64,000 bases of DNA. It comes from Tubiluchus corallicola (Eukaryota > Animalia > Priapulida). The position numbers and the translations under genes were made by a program. Below are positions 12,411 to 26,700 of the stretch, piece by piece. The DNA is taken from assembly GCA_030141605.1 (NCBI GenBank), contig JAQGDQ010000323.1, positions 62,001-126,000 of the forward strand, in the 5' to 3' direction. The notes below the pieces were generated by a model. It worked only from the letters and a program-made list of their open reading frames with translations, was not told where the DNA came from and ran no database searches. Within the stretch, counting starts at the first letter, position 1, and each line of letters opens with the position of its first letter.

Positions 12411-13465
12411 GTCAAAATTTAAAGAATTTCTAATACTGGTTGTCTGCAACAAGCAGACAAGTGCAAATTCTGCATTATGGGGAAGTAGAACAAAATGATA
12501 ATTGTTTTACGCTGCAATAACAAATGAATTTTTGAACTATTCTTTGCTAGCTTTTCAACATGTTTTCTAGTAAAATAAAAATCATTCTGCAAGTGATTAC
12601 CTGGCCCCAAAGATAATTATCATCTTCATAATTGTAATCGTCCGAAGTAATATGTCTATTGTAGACATTGGGCAGGCAGAATTCTAAAATAACAGAAATC
12701 TGCCCTCAAGATAGGTAAGCACTGCAGGTATCATGGGACCAAATTAGATAATAATCATGGAGTGCAGAACTAATAATTTATAGCAAAAAGAAATCACCTT
12801 ACAATGCTTTCACTTGTTTGTCAGTAGATAGCACTAGACAGTGGACACTCTTTAGTTGAAGCTAGTACATCAATTGTTCAATAATTTTAAACCATTTGAG
12901 ATTAAATAATAAAAATCATAGAAAACAACAACACGTGTCTTTCAGTTGTGATAATGGTATTATTTTCTATTTCCTGCAACAGCTGATAGCTTACAACATT
13001 GTCAACTACTCAACTACTATTACATACACATACAATTAAGTAAATAAGTATAGCTATCATCATAGACAGGTAATAAAATGACTAAGTCTCATCACTACTT
13101 TGTAAGCTTTTTTACATGATTGAAGGGGGAAAAATTTTCCCATGGCAAGATCATAAAAATAATCCTATAATAAATAAATTAACTACATGACAATCATCAC
13201 TAAGAGCACAGATCGTGCACAACCAAACTAATTATCATAAAACAGGATTTAAATCACATTTGCTAATATACGTAAGAAAGAAATTTCAACGTGAAACAAG
13301 TTTCCAAAAAATAATGATATGATTTCCTAAAAGTGTATAGTAGTATATTAGTAAGAGAGCAATTTTAAACAAATTTCCACATTCAAAAATATGTTTACAG
13401 TATAAAAAGTGTTTTTTCAACTACTAAACTTCACAATGCATTTAAAAAACAAAAGTCATTCTACT

Positions 13466-13826
13466 AAGGGATGAACATTCCCAATCAGAAAGCGAGTTCA
13501 AATCGAATGAGTGACTTTTAAACTCGAATTCAACCGAATTTCTAGATTTCATTCCAAATAATCATTAATAAAAAGCAGTTGTGCAAAGATCGTGCATATT
13601 TTTTGATTTTGTTCTGCCCACTAAAAACACTAATATTTGCTTAAAAAGTTTACACAGAAATCCCAGCTAAATTATGTTGATTCATGCCACTTCTAAAGTT
13701 TAAATGACAAAGAACGTATGTAATTGATGTTGTGAAATATTCGAATCCACGAATTTTAGGTTCGAATTGATTTCGAATTAAAAAAACTCATTCGAAGCGA
13801 ATTTGAATGTTCGAAGCTCAGCCCTA
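13466..13826. mobile_element. hAT-like MITE with TCGAA subterminal repeats
   Basis: Ends are AGGGATGAAC ... GCTCAGCCCTA, with many TTCGAAT motifs near both ends. Confidence 0.5.
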
Positions 13827-14400
13827 CGCTGTCTCCTGCTAGATTAACAATAAAACATTTGGTTTATGAAATTTGATTGTTGTTAAATCTCTAAAAGAAG
13901 CCAGGCATTTTCTTCCTAACAAAAAAACTTAACATTACATGTACCACTAACACTAGTCATAAATACAGCTAACAGCGTACGAGTGTATTACACTGCAGCT
14001 TTTCACACGAGTAAATTAAGCTGTTTAAAATGTCAAGAGACAACGAATTTGATCAGGTGAATTAACTAGGTAACCATGAGACTAGCAAAATCTGTAGTAT
14101 TCAGTAATCTCATGGTAGATGTGTCATGAATGCACTTGTGAATGTGAGAAATATAAATATGATTAATAATCTTTGAAAACTCAAAGCAGATCGACATACA
14201 GTATAAAACCCCTAATAAATCAAGGTCACATTTGGCAAACATTCTTACATTTAGCATAAAATTTAATAATTTTAATCAAAAATAATTTAATAAGGAAAAC
14301 AGCTGGATCATGCGATGAGCCAAAATTGACCACCCAAAAATGGTAATGATGATCAGAAATGAAGGAAAAAAGCACTCTTGATGCCTCACAATCATAGATA

Positions 14401-15053
14401 TAGCAAGTCCTCGCTTAGCGACTCCCCGTTTAGCGAAGTTTTGTTTTAATGACGCCGATCACCTTTTTTTCACTTTTATCAAAAACATTTTATTTAATTT
14501 AATGCATTAAAACAGAACATATTGCATTTTATTCTCTTCTAAAAATGTACTAATAACGTAAACACTAAACAGTGCAATTATCATATATGTCTTTCCTTCC
14601 CAAATGACTACTGATGTCACAACTAGTAGCAGTTTGTATCCACTATCAAGTGACCACTGACAAGCGAGTAAACTTCATGCAAGGAGTTTTGCCGGCAATC
14701 TGTTGCTATAGCAACTAGACTAAATGTGTACATAAAATTTCCAAGGCTGTCGCAGGGCATGGCATTGACTATGCACTGTTTATTGTTTAACCACTGCCTA
14801 GGCTTTAAACATTAATGAAAAAGAGAAACCCGTATTGGTAAGTAAAGTATATAGGTAGTTTCGGGCAAGCAGAAAAACAATAATTAATAGAAATATGAAT
14901 AAAACTCATAGAATGTTTAACTTTTATGATTTAGCGCTTATATGATTTAAGCAGTATCGATTTCTATCTCTGGAACGTATATCTCAATTTTTTTTACATT
15001 ACTTTCTATGGTTTTGCTGGAACGCTTCAGCGTCGTTAAGCGAGGACTTACTG
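14401..15053. mobile_element. Tc1/mariner/pogo-like MITE
   Basis: ~22-bp TIRs TAGCAAGTCCTCGCTTAGCGAC / GTCGTTAAGCGAGGACTTACTG, flanked by TA on both sides. Confidence 0.8.
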
Positions 15054-15477
15054 TACTGTTTAACTGGCAAGTACGTTGGCACTGTCAAGAATTTGCCACT
15101 CCTGAAACGATAAATTTGTCAACGAACGGAAAACCATGACACGTTTAAACTTTAAATGCTCCAAAATCGCAAGTCCAGCCACCATGTGGAAAAATTAGTT
15201 TTTGTAATTGACTAAAAAAATAAACAACAATATAAATTTCCAAACTAAAAAGGATGTTTCCGGTTAATGGCAAAGTCATTTTAAGCTTTTGTTAGAAACT
15301 TTTTGAAATGCTTTTGCTTCCAGATGAACTTTGGAATGATAGTGTGAAGTGATTTGATATGCAGAACAAAAATTTACATGAGTATTATCTCAATTGTAAT
15401 AGGAAGAATATATACACATAAATACTACAGTACTACCTACAACAGCTAATTAATAAATAGGTAATTATACTACAATC

Positions 15478-18400
15478 CTAATGAGAAAATTGGTTCAGCA
15501 AGTGAGCCATGAACGTGTACTTGTCCTGGAAGACGACTGTGCATTGACTGCACTGCAAAGGGGCTTCTGAACCATGTAAGGTGCGGTGGATCATGAACAT
15601 TGCGTTCTCGTCAAAGTGGATCCCGCACGGCTCGCACGTAAAGCGCGGCACTGAGCTGGATAGCTGATTATCAGACAGATCAGACAGCGGAAGAGGGTTA
15701 TCTGCGGAGATGTCTGTCTGAGAAGAAATGTGTTTCGTATTAGAGGAACAAGGCGAGATTCTGGCATGAGATGGTTCCTCGGAGGTACTCGGTACGTCGT
15801 TCTTTTCTCCACGAGTGGAGGTCCCTTCGGAGTGCCTTGTCGGAGGTGGGGAGTTGGAAAGCTCAACGACTTCTGAGGGACCGGGAAAGAGCGGACGATT
15901 TAAGTAGTCAGCTTTGGAAGACGCTTCATTCACCGGGCTGTCGCTGGCAGAGTTCTTCCTCGGTCGCAAGCGCGAAGGAGAAGAGCTGGGTGGGAGAAAC
16001 ACCCCGTTTTCGTCAGCCTGCGAGAGTAGAGAGACGGCTGGAGGTAGCGGTACAGGCGACTGTTGCGCAAAGGGCAATCCAAGACCAGCATTTGTAAACA
16101 TTGGCTGCTGAAGCTGCATAAATGCATTGTTAATGGTTTCAGATAACGATGGCTGTGACTGCGCCAATGAGAAGGAAGACGTGACCATAGTCGGCAAACC
16201 GGACATTGACGACAAGTTGGACAAGAGTCCAGAATTGGACACTATGTCGGCATATGCACCTGACTGAGACGAAACCATGGTCGGTGCGCTGGTGTCTTCC
16301 CCACGCGCACTGATGAACGCGGTGCAGCTAATCATGTGTTTGGCAAGTTGCACTTGTTGACGGAAGGTCGACATACAGCCAGCACATGCCCAGTCATTGC
16401 CAAATCTGTTATTTCCTCTTATGTGCATCAACATATGTCCACGTAAGTGATGTTTCAGCTTGAATGACTTGCCGCAGAGATTACACACGTGATTGCGCTC
16501 CCCAGAGTGGACCAGAAAATGCTTTTTCAAGTCAGCAGGACATTTAAAATACTTTTCGCACACAGGGCAGGTAAACGGAAGATGATGACGAGACTTTCTT
16601 AGTCGTCTAGGTATAATCTGGCTGTGCGGGAGGCAACTATCGGCTGCCGACGACGTCAAGGTTTGCTCGGAATTGGCTCCAAAATCCGATTGCTGTGAAG
16701 TAGTTTCCATGTTGGAGTCGGGCTGATCAGAGGCGGTGAAATTAGCAGACACAGAAACCATATCGCTGTCTGTAACCTCACCACAGCTGCTCTCCGGAGG
16801 ACTGCTGATGTTTTCGATGATCTCATAATCCTCATCTGGGATGACTTCTTTTTTAACATTGTCAGCCATATCAATAAGCTCCATGGTTTCCTTCCGTTCC
16901 TCAGACTCTGCACCATTACGTGCCTCATTGTCCCGAATGATTTCGTCTTTGTTGTCCAGATCGCCATTGTTGTCCTCTACGTACGAGAGTTGTTGAAGAG
17001 TGTCTTGCGTAGAATTGACATCCAGCATGCTGCAATGAGCATCCACATGTCGCACGAAGTCCGATCCGAGATCAAAACATTCGCCTGAAATTTGAGCAAA
17101 ATATTGCATGTAATTTAGTTGAAAAACCAAACAGCAAGACTTCCTGCATAGAAGTACCTATGTCATTGTACACAATTGCACGTATATGTATTAAAGGAAA
17201 GGTCAAGCCTTCTGGCAAGCATCTTCAATATTTGCAAAAAATGTTAGAAGGATTTACTAACAAAGATGTGATAAGAATTTCTTGTAATTAGTCAAATCAT
17301 TTTAAAGTTGCGATCTTTTTTCATGCTTGGTGCTCCCATTTAGAACGGCCATTCTAACACCAATGATGTCGCTCATTCAACAGAAGAAAAATAGTGCACT
17401 GCCGATTTAAGTCAAAGTATAATAACTTTTTACAAAAAAAAAACAAAAACAGATAGCCAATTTAGGGATATTTTTGTAAAAACATTTAAGTAAGCTGCAA
17501 AAGTTTAAATTAGTTTAAGCAGCACGTTAACAAAAGGCGATGCTGTGCACACGAAAAGTTACAAAGTCCACCAGTTACGTAATAATTTTGAGGTGAATGG
17601 CGGATCCTAATTTTTATACAGCGGTAGTATAAATTAACTTCACGCTTCATAGAGTGTTTTCAGATTTTTTTGTTATCTTTTTCTAAGTTTAAGTGATAAA
17701 GTGCAAAAAGCACAACATTGTAGTTTCCTTTAATACAAAAGTTTTGTTTGTATATGCTGTAAGGTATACAGCGTAGCTCGACACCTACCTATATATAAAT
17801 ACGTCATGTATTGGACTCAGAATTTATGTTTTGCTACAGAAATGGCTGAGCACAAAAATCTTATGTCAAATTGTAACAACAACTTTCTAATTTCTGCAAT
17901 TCAAGTTGTCTCAAAAAAGTCCCAAACATGTGTAAACTTGTTAATGCAATATAAGTTTAAAGATGCTTAATTTTTGTTAATAAAATGACTTTAAGCCACT
18001 AAAATTGCTATTTTCCAGTGTCATGCACTTGAGGGAACTTGCAGAAAATTGTAGTTTTCAAACAATGCAATTAAACTTTGGAATTCAGACCGATAAAGTG
18101 TCAACATTTGGTTATACCACCACGCATAAGAGAACATCAACTTTTGCTTATGACAAACACGTATTTAACATGTATCTATGAAAATGAAATTTGAATTATA
18201 AGTTCTACAGCAGAGTTTCGGGGTTTCGGATTCTCTTGATTGTTTCCAACATTCTATTTCCTTAATAATCAACAATTTTTGCACATTTTCAAACGAAACT
18301 AAAAGGAACAAACACAAAATTAGAAAACAAGATAAATCAAATTTAACCTAAATAGAAGTAAGGGACTCTGCAGGCTGGGAAATAATCTGGATCCCGACTG

Positions 18401-20114
18401 CAATCCGGATGTTATTTGAGGGGCGAGACCGCCGTAGCACTAAAAGGACCCTGGCTACGTCTTTCTCATCATCAGATTTCACTGAATTGCGCATAATACA
18501 CATTCCTGCCACTGCTTATAGTGTTGCTGTTGCCACCTACTAAAACTGTAACTGATTTAACAGAAGTCAGTGTATCTTAAAAAAGAACGCAGAGTATCTT
18601 TTAAAAAACATTTTTAAGCAGTACTTATGTACATGTGGAGTACAAAATAGTGCAAGCGTGCCATGGACAGTTACTATCTTTTGTCCAGCTTTTGTCTCTG
18701 CAGTCCTTGTTATAAAACATGGCTTTTTTACTCACTGTCACTGCATCTGCTGAGAAAACTTCAGTAGATACTAGATAGTGACTGAAAGCTACTGTTTTAA
18801 ACATAATTTCATTAACAACATTATCAAAAGCGCCACCTACTTTTTTTGGTAACATTGCATTGAAATTCCAAAGTACTCTTGTTTCATAGGTGTTTAATAG
18901 TGAACAAATAAAAGCCAACAACTTACCACACATAGTGCACCTGTACGAATACGACAGCGACATGTCCAGTTCCCGATGCTGCGTCAGAATGTGATTCTTC
19001 CGATGATGTTTCAGCTTGAAGTTTCGATTGCAAAGCATACAGACAAATGGGCGCTCCACTGAAAATCAGACATACTTATAATGTAATATAATCTCAAAAT
19101 GCCACCAGTCAAAATATCACCTCCCTGTGATGACCCTAAGGCGCAACAATTTTAACAGCAAGTCAAATAAAAAAAGATTAGATAACATTGCATAAAGTTT
19201 GAAAAAATAATCAGTGAATTTGTAGCGCACAATTCACTAAATATGTAAAACTAGGTATAAATTACATTATCTCATCAATATGTTTTTTGTCAATAAACTC
19301 ATCAATATGACAGTCAGTAGTGTGCACTGGTAAGGTTAGTCAGCTGCATTGTACTAGCTGACACAAATACTCCAAATTAAGAATTTTCTTTTCTAGTTAC
19401 ATAAATCCTCCAAAAAGGTAAACGTAATGCTAAGTAACATGACTTTGTGTGGAAAGTTCTTTGGGACATGTACAGAAAGTTTTTTGGATACTGTATATTT
19501 TAAAATTCCCTTCTCTTCTCTTTTGTTCAATAAAGTCAGACTCTTTAAAACAGCTAAATTAAATCATCATCATCAGCAGCAAGAGCACTAACCATTTTGC
19601 ATTATCAGTTAACAATTAACCTGCCTTTCTTAAATAATTTTTCCATCAGTATTTGTCTTAAAAGTTCATTACAACTTCCTGCATAAACATTCAGGTTAGA
19701 GCTCTCATAAAATCATAATTTAAATGAAGAACACTGGACAGAAAAAATTGAAATGATGACCACGGGATAGCAAACTAAGGTTTAGCAGCTAAACAAATGT
19801 TTGTACTTTTACCTGTTTGTTGCCTAGTACTAAAAAAACGCTAATGAAAGCACTCAAAAACTGGCTACCTATACAGCATAGTGACAACAGTATGTATAAA
19901 ATAAACAATAAATGTCACACAAGAAATGCAGTGTGGGAAAAATTTGACTATTGCAGAAATTTAAGTTGACTTTAACCTATTTATGGTTGACAGAAGAATA
20001 TTTATAATTTGCCAGATTATGATCAACTTACTTGAATGCACTAGGTGCATATGCTTCTTCAACGAACAACGATGAAGCACTTTCTGGCATTTTGGACATT
20101 TCGTCAGCGTGTCG
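15478..20114 (-). CDS. C2H2 zinc-finger transcription factor with ~8 fingers and an Ikaros/Hunchback/TRPS1-like C-terminal finger pair; start codon unresolved
   Basis: Phase-compatible GT-AG exons are 20032-20114 (DTLTKCPKCQKVLHRCSLKKHMHLVHS), 18927-19058 (ERPFVCMLCNRNFKLKHHRKNH...YRCTMC) and 15478-17084 (GECFDLGSDFVRHVDAH...stop). One finger is split across the last intron, which supports the splicing. Confidence 0.88.
17195..17729. mobile_element. TTAA-flanked MITE (Kolobok-like) in the ZF-gene intron
   Basis: TTAA|AGGAAA ... TTTCCT|TTAA. Confidence 0.6.
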
Positions 20115-22129
20115 CTAAAAAAAATATTTTAATAAAACAGTGAACGAACATTTGATGACAATGTAATTCATAAAATGTATAAAAGAAAAGTGAAAAAGTT
20201 GCATTTAAAGAGAATAACGTGGCAGATTTTGTGAACGCAAGTCCATCCGGATTTCCATTTCTTCCGGACTTCCGGTAGTATAAGACTAACATTAATAAAT
20301 ATAACTGTAAGTTCTCTTAGCTCTTATTCAGGGGAACTAAGGGGGCGTAACCAAGTTGACTGTGTCAGAAAGTTAATTTAAAAAATTGCTAAAACGGTTG
20401 TTTTACTTTTTCGAAAAAAAATTTAAATTTTGATTTGCTATTTGGAAGCTGGTAAATCCATAGTTGTACCACGTGTGGACTTGAGCCGTCAAGCACTCTT
20501 CCAAAGTGAAGCGAAAACTGTAGAAGCTGTCGTTGCCAAGGGAACATCTTTCACGGCGTTTTATAAACTGTGGGCATGTACAAAATATTACATAGGTAAA
20601 TGTAACTGTAGAATACAGTACTCAAAAGACTGTAGATAGCATAACCAGTGACGAGTTACATAAACTAGATAGGCCTACAGGCCTTACAATGAGATTTGGA
20701 TTATGTAAATGTTTGGAATTTCGAGGCCTGGCAGTTAGGAGCAGCTGAAAGTGACCAACAGGTCTTTCACTGCTTCTTCTCAGTTACATTGAAATTATCA
20801 CGTAATTACGTGCTTTCTAGCTATTGTTGAGAAAATAAAACTGAATTGAATTGAACTAATAGTAGAGGCATTTATTCAAAAACTTAAACTTTAAACATAT
20901 AAATCTTAAACACTACAACTCTAGATATTTAAATTACTAACTTTTAATTATAAAGCAGAATTAATTCCTACAATCCTAAATGCAAAAATACAATTTATTA
21001 TAAAATACAATTTTTTTTAGTATTACAGTACTTATAATTTTATATTTATTTCTATCTTGGATAAGGTATTGCACGGTTTTGTATTTACTATAACGTTAAT
21101 GATGGCACAAACTCACACAACTGCATTTTTAAACCAAACTTTGAAAAACAGGAAATGGTGAAAAAGTTGGAATTTGATCCAGGGACTTGATTCTCTATGA
21201 CTGAATCAGTGCAAAGTCTGTCGTTTACAGCTGGCCAACCGACATCTGCAGATAATAAACATTGGCTGTTGAATACGGATTCATGCAGGTAGCCAAGGAG
21301 GTGAATATGGATGCAAACCCACAGGACGTTGCCAAAAATACAATTTATTGCAAAATAACAACTCTATGCAATTACAGCATTTCTAGCCATATCTTATATA
21401 AAGTTTAGCAATATAAATTCACAAATTCGACGAACCTAAATCCAGAAAAACGTAACATCTTAGCCAGCTGCTTCTTTAGCAAATGAAGATAAATTATTCT
21501 AAAGTATTCAGCACTACTTGATTTGCAAATCACATGATCATGTTTTCAGAATGAGGTAGAATTTACGTAACATCCATCATGAAGTGAACTCTTTCAACTA
21601 TCCATGATTAATACATCACATAGTGGTAAAGGTAAATTTATTATACCCCTACACAATGCAGTTTAAATACAACCACATCCAGCGGCCTTTGTTTCTTTTT
21701 AAGAATAAAAGCGAACGCACAAAAACTTAAAAGTTCACCATATTGAAATTGTTATTATTGGTGCGCCCTCTGTGACCGGTAATCTGAATCAAATAATTTC
21801 AGTTCTGTGATTTCTATTTTGGACCATAGTACAGTTGAAGTTACAGTACTGCGGTGCAAAAATTATAATAATTATTTATAACAACGGGGTACATTTTCAC
21901 GGAATTATGACATAAAAAGTGTATACTCGAGGGTAAAATTATGATTTAGCAAATGGGAAGTTGTAATAATGATCATTACTTGATACTTTTTGTCTTCTGA
22001 CTCTTCAAGTCAAAAATCTTATTTTTCCCATACACAGCATCACTCAAAAATTAAAATACTTGCTCTTATACAATAGCTTAGTGGCTTTTTACCAGTGTTA
22101 CATGTGTATCCAACGCAGATGGTGCAGAC

Positions 22130-22420
22130 ATGATTTCACCATTTTTCCTTTGAAACTATTTACAGACTTGGCATTATGGTTTCCTGTGGGAGCTCATTCC
22201 ATAGTTTATTACTTTCCCGAACAAAGAAGCTTTAGTTGTTTTGCTTATTGAAATCTTCTTTGTTTATTGAAAAGCTTTTGTGAGCACACTCGGGTTCTTC
22301 TCGTGCAAGTAGCTTTTGTAATGCAAATTTACCTTGTATAATTCGTAGACAGACCCTTAGAAGCTTATTATAAAAAGTACGCAAGTTGTAAGCCACTTTA
22401 TGATTTATAGAGTATGTCAC
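22130..22420 (-). mobile_element. Degenerate CR1 3' fragment
   Basis: Minus strand encodes ..WNELPQET.. then, after a frameshift, ..KSVNSFKGK.., typical of the CR1 C-terminus. Confidence 0.55.
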
Positions 22421-23264
22421 TAGAGAGACAACAACAACCTATCTAGTTTTGCATATTCGTACAGCCGTAATTTATTGATTCTGCAGAGAATATAATCAAT
22501 AATTTTAGCCAAGGTTAATCCTTAATGTAATTGGAAACTGGGACATGTTCTCCTTCAAAATTACAAAAATGCTAAGAAGCAAGAAAATTTTTTATACAAG
22601 ACATAAGTAATGGTTAATTCAAAAACATCATTTCTATGTAATAGTCTGAAAATTTCAAATTAGTGCATCCAGGAATCAGTAATAAGTGCGGCATCAGTTC
22701 CAAAAACATACATAACTTGTTTTCATCTGGGACAACTTGTTTTCAATACCTAAATACACACTGTGTGAGACATCAGTCATTGTCACACAATGTCATATCA
22801 CATGACATTGTCGTACAAACGTACAAAGTTATAATAAGTGAAACACCAATTTAGGCCATTGTTACTCAAAGTGATAATAATACTTAAGTTAGAAAAAGCT
22901 GATGTAAGTTTCATAGATAATTTAACGTAATAATAGCTCGTTCTATATTCCAAAAGCACCAATGTTCTAACACAGAGCATCTAGGCACCAAAAAGTCATA
23001 ATTTTGCCTTCTCTCCTACAAAACATATGCTACAAAAAGGCTAAGCATTTCTTCCTGTATTTAGCTTCATACAACACCAGCAAATAACACATTATTGTAC
23101 AGAATGTAGAAAAGGACCCATACATTCTTACCAAAGTTAAAATTCCGGCATCTTTGCCATTTATTCTGTCCAACTACTTTTTCGACTTGTGGGTGGAAAT
23201 TGCCTCCTTCCTTTCTTCGTGTTTCGTCGCATTACGGTACTGCAAAACGAAGATTCCTAGTGCC

Positions 23265-23278
23265 GTTGCCATGGAGAC
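23265..23278. promoter_or_regulatory. RFX X-box
   Basis: GTTGCCATGGAGAC (reverse complement GTCTCCATGGCAAC) matches the 14-bp X-box consensus. It lies ~130 bp upstream of a strong minus-strand donor TTG|GTAAG at 23131. Confidence 0.55.
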
Positions 23279-23747
23279 TGCTAGTGTCACTTTGACCATT
23301 TTATTGTAGCCGGCAAATTTTTTGACCATTCTCTTTATTTAATCGTTAACAGTTACTTGTTAGCAAAATGAACAACAAAGTGTAGCTTAAGCTTCAAAAG
23401 TACAAAGACATGAGAATTTCCTACGGTTAACAATGTTTACAATATCTGCGAGTTTACAATGAATATTTGAACATCTGTGCCAAGCATTCAGAATTATGCA
23501 ATTGGTTGCTACTCTGAAAAAACAAACCGTTCATATTTAGATGTCAACCGTTTGCTGTATTACTACTGTTCACCATGAGCTAAACCTGAACAATTCAATC
23601 GTTCACTTTTCGGTGTGCATAGATTGCTCAAGTGCTCGATGATTCAACATTGAACAATTGCCCTGCTGTGTAATTGTTCAGTTTTTTGTGAAACCTTTCA
23701 AATGTCAATCTCAATACTTTGTAAATAGCAAAACCTTTAGGTGTGTG

Positions 23748-26700
23748 CTAGCTAGGTTTCTGAGTCTGCTGCGGCTGTTGTTGCTGCTGTTGTGACTGCT
23801 GTTGCAAATGTTGCTGTTGCTGTTGACACAACTCTGCTTGCTGATTCAATAAGCGCATACGTTTACGAGTGTAATGTTGCCACTGAAGTAACTGCTGATC
23901 ATCGATGAACTTGCTGCATTGCCCGTTGGCTATTTCTTTGCGAAAGGTTTCGTATTGCAGTAGGTCCAGATAGTGCAAAGCGTGCGGGTACCTGCAATGA
24001 AAAGCTAAGATTAATTTACCAATGTGTCTTCACACATGAATCGAGTCAATTTTTACCTTATTCATAGGGAGGATCTGCATATAAATACAAAATGCAATGA
24101 ATAATTCCAGAAACAAGATATGTGACAACACACTATTGTAAGCAAATACTAGGTTTAACTTCGCAATGAAAGGGTACACTTCTCTAGTGTACTTCAACTA
24201 TTCCAATTCCTTTCAATTTTTTGCTGCGAATAATTTTGAGTAAATATCTAAAATAACTTATGCTGGTATGTGATATGAACTAGGACTGTAACGAAATGTC
24301 TAAGTCACGATACGATACATGACAGGGTTCTAACCGCACAATACGATACGTAACACGATACACCTGAGTTAATGTTTGCAGGTTTTACAAAAACTAGATG
24401 AAGCCATTGATAATAAACGCTAAATACATTCATCGATTTTAAGAATGCTACATGCTAAAACAAGTCGATTTTTGTTTACTACTGGTGTACTGTTTGCATT
24501 AATTGTCGCCAGAAAAGCAACTGTAATATCTTGGTTTGCCGGACAAAAGTGGAGAGACGTCGGTCCAAATTTGAAGATTGTTCGATTTTACTAATATTAA
24601 GCTAATGCAGTAGGTGCCATGGTAATGTAGAATCAGTCACCTAATTGTCTAGTGGGGGTCGCTCCTATGCAAAAGTATATAAAAATTGTCGGTAATTGAC
24701 TCAAATAACTCCACATAATTGACTCTAAACCACTTAAGCTGAATAAACCAGTAAACATGCTAACATACAAGTCCTGGCAAAACGAGATGTGTTTCAATTC
24801 TATAGACTTAAAAGCCGTTGCTGCATTTTCACATTTGCTACTACAAATCATTAAAAACGCATTGCTCATTCAACAACTTTGGTTGTTAGTCCATATTCGT
24901 GTCAAGTCTGTTAATGTTGCGTTCACTGCACTGATTATTAAGTATCTGCAGTACACTCCATAGCTGCATTAATTGATGATTGTTTTTATCAGCAGACAGT
25001 CAAGCACATGTTAATATGAACGACTCACTATACAAGTACACTTTTACAATACACGTATCTTAATAAAACGTTACGACATAATGCATTATATATCGTCACA
25101 GGGCTACAACTGGTAATTGCGAAACTTTAAGCAACAGCTTTTTGCACTCATTTTAGATATGAAAATGTATTGTGTACCATATTTTGCCTAAAACCCCCGC
25201 TAAAAGTGAAGTAATCCGAGTTCAAACTTCGTTCAAGTTCCAGTGTTCATAAAAGAAAATCTCGCTGATATGAACTTAAATTGAAACGAACAAGGTTATC
25301 TGACAACTGTAAGTCGAACATTCATTCAGAAGCTTGCATTCTTACTTTAAATACTTGGCGTACACGGGTTCCTTCCAGTACTGCAGGTAGCTAAGATAGT
25401 TGATAAATGCTGCTTCCTTGAAATAACCACGTTGTGCAAGAACTAGAAAAAAGGAGTAAAATAAATATAATTAACCCAGGGCTCGTACTCTACTTTTTAA
25501 AAATATAGGACATTATTCTAAAAAAATATAGGACGTTTTTTGAAAAAATACAGGAATTATAGGACCTTTTTCCTTAAGAATGAAAGTTTCTAACTTTACA
25601 CTACAGCGATTTTCACAATTTCTTTGCAAAAGTAAAGGATTTTTTCTCCTGTAACAGGAGCGCATTCTTTGGTTGAAGTTGGTATTGTCATTGAGCAGCT
25701 TATACACTTCTGGGTACGTACTTATAATACCTAATTGCGGTTAAGTGCGCCAAAGGCACGCGAAAAATACCAATAACATTCTCATTTCCTTGAGAATTCA
25801 TGATTTTATAGGAATTATAGGACATAACCCCAAAAATATAGGAATTACCGGACGTTTTAAAAAAATATAGGAATTATAGGATTTATAGGACGAATACGAG
25901 CCCTGTTAATATGTAGACATTTCAAGTATATTTCACTAAATTATGTAATTTGCTAAAAATTTTTGCTAAAACAAGTACATATCTCATACACTAAAAGTCC
26001 TATATTACGATTAGCATATGGCACGTAAAGTGTAAGCTCAGTTAAACCAGAAACAAAACAGTTAAACCGATAGTAGCATGTTTCATTTATCTCTTTGTCA
26101 ATAACCTGGTGCAGACAGGTGACACAGAAACAAACTCACTGTACCACTATTAGCGGTAAATACTACGTGTACTTCAACTAAAATTTGCACTACATATTAC
26201 AAATTGTACTACGTTATCTGAGTTTGAGATATACAGCAAATGTCAAAAAAACCTATTTTATGTGGATTTGGAAATCCAATCTACTTTCCATTAATCTCAC
26301 TGTGGAAAAATGGGCAATTTTCTACTAGTAATTAAGATGATAATTAAAAAAAAATCAAATACAAAGCCATTTTAATAAACATAATATCACAAACGTTTTT
26401 GTTGCAACAGAGTACTAAAGTGCTGCTGTTTCGTATTTTTCACTGTACCACAACAACGCGAACTGCTTTTTAACTACAGAACGAAATGAAAAATCGATGC
26501 CTGCTTATGTGCTTCTGCAGGGATTTATTTTTCTTTCTAGATGGCAGCACTTAACAAAAGCTGGCAAGTGCTTGTGGTGTGTTGACTGACATAAGTGTTT
26601 TCTAGCACATTACTGGGTAACAAACACGTTTTATGTATTTTGGTGAACAAAATTTGACTTTAAGCGTAATCAATTCAGACTGTAAGATAAGAAAAATTTA

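Noticed and set aside
15591-16967. Several overlapping or antisense ORFs within the ZF gene's last exon
   Set aside because: Shadow frames of a GC-richer real exon; no recognisable motifs.
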